From the NCBI RefSeq assembly GCF_963921235.1, contig NC_086108.1, forward strand, positions 88,352,001 through 88,416,000: a stretch of 64,000 nucleotides of DNA. The letters run 5' to 3'. Of this stretch, positions 50,576 through 63,290 are shown in pieces. Positions within the stretch are counted from its first letter, which is position 1. Each line of letters starts with the position of its first letter. The translations under genes and the position numbers were made by a program. The DNA comes from Mobula hypostoma. Its lineage: Eukaryota. The notes under the pieces were generated by a model, which did not search any database, was not told where the DNA came from, and saw nothing but the letters and a program-made list of their open reading frames with translations.

Positions 50576-50952
50576 ACAAATGTGAATGCAACAGCAAGGC
50601 TACATCAGTTTAAACAAGTTCTTAGGCTTTATCTGGTGAAAACAGAAAGGAAGTTCCTGCACAGACAGTGTTATCAGGATATGAAGTGTCTTAGTGACTG
50701 AGTAGTTGAAGCACAATATGCTATGGGAAAACTGCAAGGATACTAGAATAGCTTTAGATTATACTAGCAAGGAGCTAATAAAGACAGGGTCAGGATATAC
50801 TTAAAACGATACTTATTGATATAAATTTCTGATCCTTGCACATTTTGTTCCAATTTGTGGACATTGGAAAGCAGTGAAATTTCTAGGAGTGTATATGCTA
50901 GAGGCCACCGGCAAGGGGAGGCAAGTTCAGTTGACAGGTAAGTAAACGAGGG

Positions 50953-51890
50953 TTAAATGCAGCATCTCCAAGTTTGCGGATGACACGAAGCTGGGTGGCA
51001 GTGTTAGCAGTGAGGAGGATGCTAAGAGGATGCAGGGTGACTTGGATAGGTTAGGTGAGTGGGCAAATTCATGGCAGATGCAATTTAATGTGGATAAATG
51101 TAGGTTATCCACTTTGGTGGTAAAAACAGGAAAACAGATTATTATCTGAATGGTGGCCGATTAGGAAAAGGGGAGGTGCAACAAGACCTGGGTGTCATTA
51201 TACACCAGTCATTGAAAGTGGGCATGCAGGTACAGCAGGCGGTGAAAAAGGCAAATGGTATGCTGGCATTTATAGCAAGAGGATTCGAGTACAGGAGCAT
51301 GGAGGTACTACTGCAGTTGTACAAGGCCTTGGTAAGACCACACCTGGAGTATTGTGTGCAGTTTTGGTCCCCTAATCTGAGGAAAGACATCCTTGCCATA
51401 GAGGGAGTACAAAGAAGGTTCACCAGATTGATTCCTGGGATGGCAGGACTTTCATATGATGAAAGACTGGATGAACTAGGCTTATACTCGTTGGAATTTA
51501 GACGATTGAGGGGGGATCTGATTGAAACGTATAAAATCCTAAAGGGATTGGACAGGCTAGATGCAGGAAGATTGTTCCTGATGTTGGGGAAGTCCAGAAT
51601 GAGGGGTCACAGTTTGAGGATAAAGGGGAAGCCTTTTAGGACCGAGATTAGGAAAAACTTCTTCACACAGAGTGGTGAATCTGTGGAATTCTCTGCCACA
51701 GGAAACAGTTGAGGCCAGTTTATTGGCTATATTTAAGAGGGAGTTAGATATGGCCCTTGTGGCTAAAGGGATCAGGGGGTATGGAGGGAAGGCTGGTACA
51801 GGGTTCTGAGTTGGATGATCAGTCATGAACATACTGAATGGTGGTGCAGGTTCGAAGGGCCGAAGGGCCTACTCCTGCACCTATTTTCTA
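50953..51890 (+). mobile_element. Young CR1 3' fragment, sister of 35522-38128
   Basis: Near-identical to 37430-38115 and contains the segment deleted there. ORF 51176..51712. Confidence 0.92.
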
Positions 51891-52114
51891 TAAGTTTCAG
51901 AGAATAGCTTTCAAGAGGATCTTCTGTGAGGGAAACTGAGGGAATCAAAATTGGGGTGTGCAACCATGCTACCTAGTGGAGAAGTGCCACTCTTCTTGGT
52001 TCAACTTTGCCACCTATGCATTCACAGCTTGGACTGAGTAAAAGAGGTTTTACTCTTCAAGTTGTCATGATAAAATCTTCCAAATCTACTGGCAAGATAA
52101 TTAACCATGTTTGT

Positions 52115-52300
52115 TTTACTGAGTGCTCTGGTTTCTTCCCACATTCCAAAGACTTACAGTTAGGATTAGTGATTGTGGGCATGCTATGTTGGTGCTGGAA
52201 GCATGGTGACCCTTGCGGGCTGTTCCTCACTGATCTGATTTGACGTAAACAATGCATTTTGCTATACAGTATGTTTCAAAGACAAATAAAGCTAATCTTC
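52115..52300 (+). mobile_element. V-SINE-like fragment
   Basis: GAGTGCTCTGGTTTCTTCCCACATTCCAAAGAC resembles the V domain. It ends AATAAAGCTAATCT. Confidence 0.55.
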
Positions 52301-52959
52301 CAAAAAAAAACTAACATTGGACCCCTCTCTCAGGACTACATCCCCAGCACTGAGGCTATAATTACACTCGGTCAGTTCCGATGAGCCAGCCACGCCATTA
52401 ACATGCCTGACAACACAGCTTGAAGATTACCAGAGAGACAGAGGAAATGATTCAGGTATGTTCTTAGAGTCTCCTGCCCAGGGACTGAGAGACACAAGCC
52501 TGACTGGCTTCCTACAATTACAGGCAATCATCAGATGTACTCACGCCTATTAAAAACACAGACAGTTTTAGGAACATGAAGCCTTCCCACTTCCTGAAAG
52601 TGAAGGTTATTGTTGACCCTAAGAAGAAATTCCTGATGATGAACGTGATGAAGCAGTCTGAAGAAGTTCCCACTACCAGACATTCTCACTGTCTGGCATT
52701 ATTCTGAGGGAGGAGACCTTGGAAGCATGAGATCTCGTGATGCTGCATGATTACCAAAAGACCATTGCAAGTAAATGAGAAAGCTAACAGATGGTAGTGC
52801 CAATTGCGAAGAGAATCAAATACAAGTCACAGAATTCCTGAATATGTTATATAGATAAGCAAAAGAGTCAGAAATGAGCAATTGAAGTTACAATGAGACT
52901 AGCCATGATCTTATTCAATGGTAGGGCAGATTTGGAGATCATGGACCTAATCCTGCTCC

Positions 52960-54336
52960 TGTCATGGTTGGGATCGGGGTCCCTTTAAATTTACCTTGTT
53001 TATGTTATGATCCGGACCGTTGATTCCCTGTTTTCCCGAGTCCCTCGACTTTGGTGATTAGAGGCAATAAACATTCAGCTGAACTGGTAGTTTATAGTCT
53101 CCGGCTTTCAGCCGTTCGGCGCAGGAGCATCTGCAAAGTCATCCAAGGTATGGTGTGCCGATGTCATCTGGCCGGAGCAAACCTAGTCTCTGCCGAAGCG
53201 AGTCCCGGTAATTCGCCTCTCCTCACCGGAGCAACCCTGTCCAGATACCTCGCCAAAGCGAGCCTGCAAAGTTTCCTCACCGAGGTGGGTCTGTCAGTTA
53301 ACCTGCCGGAGGGAATCAAGAACCACTGTCTACTGTTCCCGGGCCAAGTCGAGAGCTCGCCACTACCCGGAGGCTCCAAGTCAAGTCCTGGCTCCGGCGG
53401 CATTCAAGCACCAAATCAAGTCCTGGCCCTGGCGGCTTCCCAGTTCTGAGTCAAGCCCTGGCCCTGGCGGTCTGTGATTCCTGTCCTGCCCCCTTGTCTG
53501 AATCCCTTCTCTGCCACTCTCACCTCTAGCCCTCGTCTGCAGCCCCCACCTGCACTTTGGTCTAGTTCCATCACCGGAGCTAGATAGGTACTGTCTGGTG
53601 TTCATTCGTGTTGGTCTTGTCTTGTCTTCTCCTCGCCTCCGTGGGGTAAGTCAGGCCATCTTGCCGTTGCCCCGGGGGGGGGGGGTCATGTCTTGTTGTG
53701 TCTTATCCTTGCCTCCGTGGGGTAGGTCAGGCCATCTTGCCGTTGCCCCGCGGGGGGTCATGTCTTGTCGTGTCTTCTCCTCGCCTCTGTGGGGTAGATC
53801 AGGCCGTCTTGCCGTTGCCCCGCAGAGGGTCATGAGTCCCGGCCCTATGTCCTGTACCCAAGGAGGGGTCCTGGCTGTCTGTTCTGTGTGCGAGTCCCGG
53901 CCCTATGTCCTGTACCCAAGGAGGGGTCCCGACTCTGTGTTCTGTGTATGTGTCCATGGTTCCATGTACCTGCTCCCCGAGACCGAGGCTCTGTGTTCCC
54001 ATGTTCCTCCTCTCCCTAGCCCATGTCATGTCCTTGCCTGGTTCTGGGGTCCGAGCCCGAGGCAAGACCCAGGTACTGGGTCCTTGCCCTGTCTCTGGCT
54101 CGGAGTCCATACCCTAGCCTCTTCATGTCTCCTCTAGTTCTGGGAGCTGATCCTGAGTCCTAGTCCAGACCCTTGGTCCCAGCCTAGTCGTAGTCCTGAG
54201 TCCTTGTCCAGTTTGCTATTTCCTGCTCCTGCCTTGCTCTCCTGGTATCGAACAATAAACTAAATCTAAGTAACCTCACAAGATGTGTCTTGCATTTGGG
54301 TCCACCCTTGCTCCCAATGCCCTCATCAATGTGACA
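52960..54336 (+). mobile_element. Solo LTR related to the 17-21 kb LTRs
   Basis: TGTCATGG..GTGACA termini. Perfect 5-bp TSD GCTCC at 52955-52959 and 54337-54341. Internal short tandem repeats at ~53620-53930. AATAAA at 54254. Confidence 0.9.
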
Positions 54337-54950
54337 GCTCCTTCATACATTCTCTCCTTCTCTCTATCTTTCACTTCTATGGTTGCTCACACCACTGTGC
54401 TTTTCATTACACCAACTGAAGCACTCAGATAGCAAGTGAAAAACATTGTAGTCTCATCAACAGGAGATTTTTCTAGAGCACCTTGTAGGACAAACCAAAC
54501 AGATGTGGAGATTTGACCCTCATGTACTGTATAATAAGCTAAAGTGAAGATAGCAAGGGGTGGTTATGGTGGTTCTTGAGAATCATGATGGAGGTGGTGA
54601 ACATGCAACAAAGAATTAGGTGGAGGGTAATTGCTGCAGGACCCAGTATAGACCAGGGCTAAATACCTTACCTCTGTGCCATTAGAAATTAAGAAAAATT
54701 GACATGATACTGAAACAACTAAATAGAAGGTAGGTTTAACAAATTTTGAAAATTGTCCATTTCCAATATGACAATCTGAATCCCATGCAGATAGTTAACT
54801 GGAGAAACAAGTTTCACAATGGATACAGTTCCATGTGATAAATTGTTGTCAGACTTCAACAGCTATACAATTCAACTGCACAGAGTAGAGAAGGTACAAT
54901 TTTTATTATGATGCACACTGTAAATGTTTAAATTATACAAATGGTCTTAC

Positions 54951-55085
54951 CACATCTGTCTGGGGTACATATTTCTCATACAGTTGCCGCACACTTTCTT
55001 TCAGTTTTTTTGGATCTTGGATAAATCCCACACAGCTGTACACATCAGTCTTAAAACGTTTGACAACAGATTCAACACGATGCAC
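54951..55085 (-). CDS. CFAP57: CFAP57 coding exon (135 nt)
   Basis: TTTCAG acceptor and GTAAGA donor. [45 protein letters not shown] resembles human [34 protein letters not shown]. Confidence 0.93.
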
Positions 55086-56889
55086 CTGAAAGTGAAGAAA
55101 TGGGAAACCATTAGAATTGAAAAGTATCACAAAGATGGAGAAAAAGAAGAATTTTAAAAAGAATAACATCAGTTATTTAAAATATTTGTAGTTTTAAATT
55201 GGATTTACCACTGATTTGGTGCAGACCCGATATTATGCAGATAGCACAAAGCATCAAATTGGGGTTTACCAAGATGTCATGAATTGGCTCATGCTTGCTA
55301 TTATTGTGATGCCACCAACTTCTAATAATATAGATGTCTAAAACTAGAGGATAGAGTAACTCAGATTGCAAAGAAATTTGTACTACATGTGATGATATTT
55401 TACAGTAAAATTAGTACCAAAAGTATGTTTAACAATATAAAGGATTATTTCCACTGTGTAATTTTCTTCATTGAGCATTAACATCTTATGAATTAATTTA
55501 AACATCTGCCTCAAAAAGATGAAAAAAAAATAAAGGCGTGCCTTGCATATATATAAATCATGACTACCAGGTGTCCAAGGACTCAAAAAAGTACTTTTTG
55601 AAACAGAATCATATTGTCATGTAAGAAATATGGCAGCCGGTTTAGAAACAATATTTTTAAGTATTTATTGAGATAAATATTGATCAACTGTCAGAAAGAA
55701 TGTCCTTGCTCTTCTTCAAAGTAGTGCCACAGATCATTTACAAAAGTCAAGAAGTAAATTTTATTATCAAAGTACGTATATGTCACCAAACACTAAACTG
55801 AGATTGATTTTCTTGCAGGCATTTATAGTAGGACAAAGAAGTAATACAGAACCAATGGAGGACCACTCACAAATGAAGACTGACAAATAACGCAAATACT
55901 AAAAGAAACAAGTAATAATAAATAAATAAACGAATAGATAGATAGATAAATAAATAAATAATACTGAGAACATGATATGTGGAGTCTTTGAAAGTAAGTC
56001 CAAAAGTTATGTTCATTGACCAGTTCAGTGTTACGGTGAGTGAAGATATCCATGCAGGTTCAAGAGCTTAATGGTTGAAGTGTTGTAACTGTTCCTGAAC
56101 CAGATGGTATGGGACCTAAGGCTCCTGTATCTCCTTCCTGATAAGAACATGACTCCGATGGTGAAGTTCTTGATGATGGATACTTGAAATTTACACCCAC
56201 TTCAAATGGAATCTACATCTTCTCTATAATTCCTCATGCTGAGATGGTACCTCCAACATGGGAGTATTTCATTGGTGGGACATTGAACTGTGGAATGTAA
56301 AACGCAGAATCATGAATCATCAATAATTTCATCAGGCAAGAGCACTTCACTAATTCATGGACATCTCCTTTTAGGTTCTGGTACTGGTGTATATGCTGGT
56401 AATAACTACGGGGTGATGGTTAAAGAGAATGAGCATTAAACGGTTAAGGTGCATATCAATATAATCTTATAGAATGGCAGAACACAGCTGAAGCATGAAA
56501 TAGCTGAGTCCTGTCCTTATTCTGTTAGATGCTATTGGTAAAAATCTGCTGAGGATAGTTTTCCTTAAGGGCTGTTCAGTTCAGAATTAAATCAACAAAA
56601 AAAAGTTGGTATGAATGACCAATTAAAACTTCATTTGTCTTCTTTCCTTTCAAGTAATACTGTTTGAGTCAAAACCCATCAATATCACAACAGCATAGTT
56701 TATTTTAAATTTGAAATAGATAAGGTTTTTATAGTCTAAGTAATTTTTGCATGCATTTGGAGAATTACCCACCAAAATGTTTGTTGAAAGGTCATTTTGA
56801 TTATATATTTAATACAATACTAAACGAGAAAGCTTATACGTCTGTCTATGTCGATGTTTAAATGCATACATGGTTAAATCTACTCAAAC

Positions 56890-57006
56890 CTTCTCCATTT
56901 CTTTATGCATCTCCGCTTCTGTTGCTTTCAGTTTCTGTTTGAGCTCTCCGATATTAAGTTCCAGTTGTGCATTATGCTTATGGAATAATTCCAACTCATT
57001 TTCCAT
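56890..57006 (-). CDS. CFAP57: CFAP57 coding exon (117 nt); upstream exons probably lie beyond the window
   Basis: TTTACAG acceptor and GTTTGA donor. [39 protein letters not shown] resembles human [33 protein letters not shown]. Confidence 0.93.
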
Positions 57007-57494
57007 CTGTAAAGATACCAGAAGAAATATCGTTAGAAATCTCAGGATAATAAAATTTACTGAAGGAGGCTTTGCTTTGTACACAATTCATAGCTTCTTT
57101 AAAAAGAATTTAGATAGACATGAACAGGCAGGGAATAGAGTAGTATGAACCTTGTGCAGGCAGATGGGATTAGTTTACATTGGCATCATGGTTGGCTCAG
57201 ACATCATGGGCCGAAGATCTTGTTCCTGCACTGCACTATTCTTTGTTCCATGTTTAAGTACAAAAGGTCTTCCTGCCTGCAAACTGTAAGAGATGATTAA
57301 CTACATAACTATCCTTTTGTTTAGTTAATTTGATACTTTAAATATCAACCTTACGTTATGTTTCTGCTTAGAAAACAATATTTTAAAATGATAATGTTCC
57401 AAAAATTGGAACGTTATATCATTAGATTGAGAACTTCAAATCTCATCTTTTTTAAAAAATGGAATAGGAAGAAACTACAGATCTGTGTCAACTG

Positions 57495-57720
57495 TAGAGA
57501 GGGGGAACGTTAACTCAGACCATGAGAGGCCTGCGTCGGGCATTTTCATACCTTACAAGGCGCAGAGTGGAAGTCTGTGTGGGGTGCCACTCCTCACACA
57601 GACTAGAGCAATGTGTGATTGAGTGCCTTGCTCAAGGGCAGAAACACGCTGCCACAGCTGAGGCTCGAACTAGCGACCTTGAGGTAACTAGACGAATGCC
57701 TTAACCACTTGGCCATGTGC
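57495..57720 (-). mobile_element. tRNA-derived SINE with a CORE-like central motif
   Basis: A box TGGCCAAGTGG (57715-57705), B box AGTTCGAGCC (57671-57662), then CCCTTGAGCAAGGCAC. Confidence 0.75.
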
Positions 57721-58214
57721 TCAACACAGCTGTGGGGAAGAGTTTGGAAACTATCATTAGGAAGAGGGTTGAATACTGAATCTAAAAGAATCTAATCTCA
57801 TATCAAACTAAACTGAAGTTGGCAAACACTGGTGGGTAGGTCTAAGCTTATTTCCTATATGGACTTCCAGAAGATTGTTTCTTAAGAGAAGATTTTTGAT
57901 CTTCTTACTACCGAGAGATCAAATTCTGGAAGAGAAAAGTTGTTTATCTGTCTAAGTCACTATATACTGTTGGTCAGTGAGATTCCACAAGACTGAGTAT
58001 ATTGCCCTTTGCTTTCAGAAATTTAAAGGTTATAGGAAGGGGTGAAAGTAAGGCACTGAAGCCATGTTGTAATAAAATCAATATCAGTAAAATATTTCAG
58101 GTAACTGGCTGAAATGTTAACTGTATTTCTCTCTCCGCAGTTGATATTAAACCTGCAGATTTTTGATTAAGTTATACTCACCCCTGGAAACAGGTCATCT
58201 CAATAAAATAGTTT

Positions 58215-58920
58215 CAAAGGAGGCGACACTTCACCTGTGAGTCTGTTGGGGTCAAATACTGTGTCTGGTACTCCCAGTGAGGCTTCCTGTATATTGGGAG
58301 ACTGCTTCGCCAAGCATCTATGCTCTGCCTGCCAGAAGAAGCAGGATCTCCCAGTGGCCACCCATTTTAATTCCACTTCCCATTGCCATTCTGATATGTC
58401 AATCCATGGCCTCCTCTACTGTAAAGATGAGGCCACATTCAGATTGGAAGGAAAAAAATAACACCTTACGTTCCTTCTGGGTAGCCTCCAACCTGATGGC
58501 ATGAATATCGATTTCTCGAAATTTTGGTAATGCCCCCCAGCCCCTTCACCATTCTCTCACCTTATCTCTTTGCCTGCCCACTGCCTCCCTCTGGTGCTCC
58601 TCCCTCCTTTTCTTTCTTCCTGTCCTCTCATATCAGACTCCCTCTTCCCTAGCCCTGTATCTCTTTCACCAATCAGCTCCCAGCTTTTTACTTCATCCCT
58701 CCCCCTCTGGTTTCACCCATCACCTTGTGGTTCTCTGTCCCCTCCCCCCCCCAACATTTTAAATCAACCCCTCATCTTTTCTCCTCCAGTCCTGGGGCAG
58801 TGTCTCAGTCCAAAACATGGACTGTACTTTTTTCCATAGATGCTGCCTGGCCTGCTGAATTCTTCTAGCATTTGTGTGTGTTGCTCAGATTTCCAGCGTC
58901 TGCAGATTTTCTCTTGTTTG
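58215..58920 (+). mobile_element. Neptune-type PLE 3' fragment with decayed hammerhead
   Basis: Colinear with 16035-16760. Decayed motif CAGTC-CTGGGGC..AAAACATG-GACTG at 58787-58824. Confidence 0.8.
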
Positions 58921-60349
58921 TCAGAGGAATAAAAGCAGTTTTATTTTATTAAGGCACAAAGTATAAGAGCAGGGATGTTGTCCTTGAACACCAGCAAGGC
59001 TGCAGCTAGTTGAAAGACATTAAGATAAATACGTAGATAGGAGAGATTTAGGGAACACAGTCAGCATAGGTGCTTTAGGCTGAAAGCCTGTTTCCATGCT
59101 GCATAACTCTATGACCTTTAATCAGTATTTGAAAATGTACATAAAAAGTTGTGAATTACAGAACTGTGGGCGTGGGAGCATGGTTGAATAAAGCAGTGGA
59201 ACTCTTTCATATAATTTAAAAATGTCAAGTTCTGCAACAACCCAAATACTTAAAATATTGAGTGAATGACCAAATCTAGGACCTTAGAGCAATAGTAGAA
59301 TACCATTTCTAATGTACAGTAAGAGAAGTCAGAGCAACAGAGCAGTCTAAAAATGTTGAAGTTAGTGATCAATACATTTTTTTGAGAATGTGGCATGACA
59401 AATAAATGTGATTGTGACACTGAGTTTCCATTATTTAATTGCATAGTGAAAGAGAATAAAGCATTTGACTGTGTTTCTAATACATTTAGACTCTTTCTGA
59501 ACAAGTAGTGCTCACTTATCAAGAATACAGTAGCAGTATCATGAGACCACAAAACTTATTCAGTGCACTTTGTACTTAAGAGCATACCAAAAATAAATGG
59601 AGCAAAAACAATTTTATCTTTGCACTAGACCATGAAAGCATGCTTACATGAATTCTGATATGCATTTTATTATTCAATAATATACTTTGAGTGGTGAACA
59701 ATGTGGTGTAAGAATCACCTTACCATGCTTGATGGTTAAGCATATAGTTCATGAGGGGGAGCAAGTTTTCTTTCTCAAAGTTAACCTTGTTAATCATGTT
59801 CCAATGTCAGAAGGAAATATACAAGATTTTTCTGTTCATGGACATCAGCTTGCTTCACTCTTGCCTCTGACTCTGAAGATTTGTGGATTAATTTATTAAT
59901 CCTAAACCTGAGCATGTAAAGAAAGCTGAGACTGCAATGCAAGGAGAGTGATACACTGGCCTAGCTACTGTCTTTCAGATAGGATGGTATCTCTTGGTGC
60001 TATCTACCCTGATCAGGGGAACGATCAGAAAAATCTTACAGGCACTATTACAAGAGCAGAGACTTATCTCAAGTAGCATTCCTCCTTTAACCAATGTCAT
60101 CAAAAGACAGATGAACTGATCATTTAATTCAAGGGTCTTACAGGTACAGAGGAGGCAAGCATTTAGATTCTTGAACAATTGGAATCTCTTCTGGGATAGA
60201 GGGGACCTGTACACGTTGAGCAGGGCTTACTTGAAGCAGACATAGACCAATATCCTTGCGGGGAATTTGCTAGCACTGCACAGGTGAGTTTAAACTAAAT
60301 TTGTGGAGGATGGGGCAGTGAGCTGTGGGACTCTAAGCAGCAGCAAGTA

Positions 60350-63290
60350 AGACCGTAAGATAAAAGAGCAGAACTGGACCCATTCCATCATGGCTGATTT
60401 ATTATCCCTCTTAATCCCATTTTTCTGCCTTCTCCCTGTCATTTTTGACGTCCTGGTCAATCTGCTTTAAATATATTCAATAACTTGGGCTCCATAGATG
60501 TCTATGGCAATGATTTCCACAGAATCACTACACCTCAGGCAAAAGAAATTCCTCCTCATCTCTATTCTAAATGGACATCGCTCTATTCCGAGGCTGTGCC
60601 CTCTGGTTCTAGACTCACCCACCATAAGAAACATCCTCCCCACATCCACTTTATCCAGGCCTTTCAATATTCGATAGCTTTCAATAATATCCCCCTTATT
60701 CTTATAAACTACAGTGTGCATGGGTCCAGAGTCATAAAACGCTCCTCATATGTTAACCTATTCATCCCTGGAATCATTCTCGTGAACCTCCTCTGTACCC
60801 TCTCCAATGTTAGCACATCTTTTCTTAGATAAGGGGCCAAAAATTCCAAGTACGGTCTGAACATTGCCATACAAAGCTCAACATTACATCCTTGATCTTG
60901 TATTCTAGTCCTCTCGAAATGAATGCCAACATTGCATTTGCCTTCCTTACCGCTAACTCAACCTGCAAGTTAACCTTTAGGAAATCCTGCACAAGACTCC
61001 CAAATCCCTTTGCATCTCTGATTTTTGAATTTTTTTCCCCCATTTAGAAAATAATCAACACTTTTATTCCTTCTATCAAAGTGCATGGCCATATACTTCC
61101 CTACACTATATTCAATCTGCCACTTCCTTGCCCATTCTACCAATCCGTATAAGTCTTTTTGCAGACCACCTGCACCTCCATCTATTTTCATATTATTTGC
61201 AAACTTGGCCATAAAGCCATCAATTCCAACACCCAAATCATTGGCATATAACATAAAAAGAAGCGGTCTCAATAACGATCCTTGTAGAACGCCACTAGTC
61301 ACCGGCAGAAGAGGCCCCGTTTATTCCCACTCCGTGCCTCCTGCGAATCAGCCAATCTTTTGTCCGTGCTTGTGCCTTTCCTGTAACACCATTGGCTCTT
61401 ACCTTGTTTAGCAGCTTCATGAGCAGGACCTTGTCAAAGGTCTTCTGAAAATCCAAGTAAACAACTTCCACTGACTCTCCTTTATCTATGTTGTTTGTTA
61501 TTTCCTCAAAGAATTCCAACATATTTGTCAGGCAAGATTTCCTCTTGAAGAAACTATGCTGACTTTGGCCTGTTTTGTCATGTACATCCAAATACCAATA
61601 CCATGAAACCACATCCTTACTGATGGACTCCAAAATCTTCCCAAGCACTGAAGTCAGCCTCACTGGCCTATAAATTCCTTTCTTCTGCCTCTTTCCAGCC
61701 TTTAAAGAGTGGAATGACACTTGCACTTTTCCAGTCCTCCTGAACCACTCCATAATTTTGTCACAATCCCGGCCGCTTAGGATTGTGTATTCTAAGTTTT
61801 GTTTCAGTATTGAGGTTTGCCTGTGTAACTCTGTCTCTCCATGTCAAGGGAAACATTGTCTGCCACCTGCCTTTCCGTTCATCCTCCTGCTTGCCGTTCA
61901 GCTTCAGCTATGCTCCGTGTCAAGATAAGTATTGTCTGCCACCTGCACTTCCATTCATCCTCCTGTTTGCCGTTCAGCTCCAGCAACGCTCCGTGTCAAG
62001 ATAAGTTTTTGCCTGCTGCCTGCCTTTCCGTTCATCCTCTTTTTTGCCATTCATCTCCAGCCACGCTCACGCCCTCGTCTGCATCCCAACTCTATCTCTG
62101 TGCCAGTGTCCTGTGTTTGGGTTCACCCATTCTTCGCAACAGAACGATCTGGCCACCATGGACCCAGCGGACACAAACACCCTTCAACAAGCCCTCACCA
62201 GCCAGGGTTCCCTACTGGGACAGCACGACCAACTCCTCCAGGAGGTCATGGAGAACCTTCGTTCCCTGTCTGCTGACGTCACACAGATCGGTAACCAGAT
62301 GGACCGTGTTTCCACTCATATCACTCAACCCATTCCTGGAACCCAGCCTAGCCAGCCCAGACCGCCTGTAGTGGCAAACCCCAAGCTTCACCAACAGCCC
62401 TACCCAGACAGCCTCATGTACCAGAGCCAGAGCACTATGCGGGAGATGTGGGGAAGTGCTGGGGTTTCCTCCTTCAATGCTCCCTGGTGTTTGAACAGCA
62501 GTTGTTGACTTACTCCACAGATAAGTCTAAAATTGCTTATGTCATGGGGTTGCTGCGGGGGAGCGCATTAGCGTGGGCCACAGCAGTTTGGGACAACCAA
62601 GTTTATCGCGGAGATGAGAAAAGTTTTCGACCACCCCGTCCATGGTAAAGACGATGCCAAGTGTCTACTCATTCTCTCCCAGGGCTCCCGCAGTGTTGCT
62701 GAATTTTCGGTGGAGTTCCAGACGTCAGCAGCCGATTCGGGTTGGAGCAATGAGTCACTCCGGGGATTTTTCTGAATGGACTCAGCCACCTGGTGAAGGA
62801 CGAGTTGGCAGCAAGAGACGACACTAAGTTTTGTTTCAATATTGAGGTTTGCCTGTGTAACTCTGTCTCTCCATGTCAAGAGAAACATTTTCTGCCACCT
62901 GCCTTTCTGTTCATCCTCCTGTTTGCCATTCAGCTCCAGCCACGCCTACGCCCTCGTCTGCATCCCAACTCTATCTTCATGCCAGTGTCCTGCATTTGGG
63001 TTCACCTGTTCTTTGCAACCAATTTAGTGATTCTTGAAAGATTATTACTAATGTCTCCACAATCTCTTCAGCTACCTATTTCAGAGCACTAGAGTGTAGT
63101 CTATCTAGACCAGGAGACTTACCTACAGTACCTTCAGCTTCCTAAGTACCTTCTCCTTAGTCATGACAACTACACTCACTCCTGAATTTCTGGCCTACTT
63201 CTGCTGTCTTCCACACATAAACTGATGCAAGATACTTATTAAGTTCATCAGGCATTTCTTTGCCCCCTGCCCTGCCATTACTACCTCTCC
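60350..63290 (-). mobile_element. CR1 LINE RT region split by a Gypsy insertion
   Basis: ORFs 61295..61753 (VYLDFQKTFDKV) and 60970..61302 (TSGVLQGS..KFANNMK). It resumes at 63026. Confidence 0.85.
61759..63020 (+). mobile_element. Internally deleted sushi/chromovirus-type Gypsy: 5' LTR 61759-62141, gag 62158-~62820, partial 3' LTR ~62824-63020
   Basis: TSD AATTT at 61754-61758 and 63021-63025. gag MDPADTNTLQQALTSQGSLLGQHDQLL and [37 protein letters not shown] (PEG10/RTL1-like gag family). The LTR sequence is repeated at both ends. Confidence 0.88.

Noticed and set aside
57645..57720. Possible tRNA gene
   Set aside because: The A/B boxes run into a SINE body with no convincing acceptor stem or oligo-T terminator. 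Called as a SINE instead.
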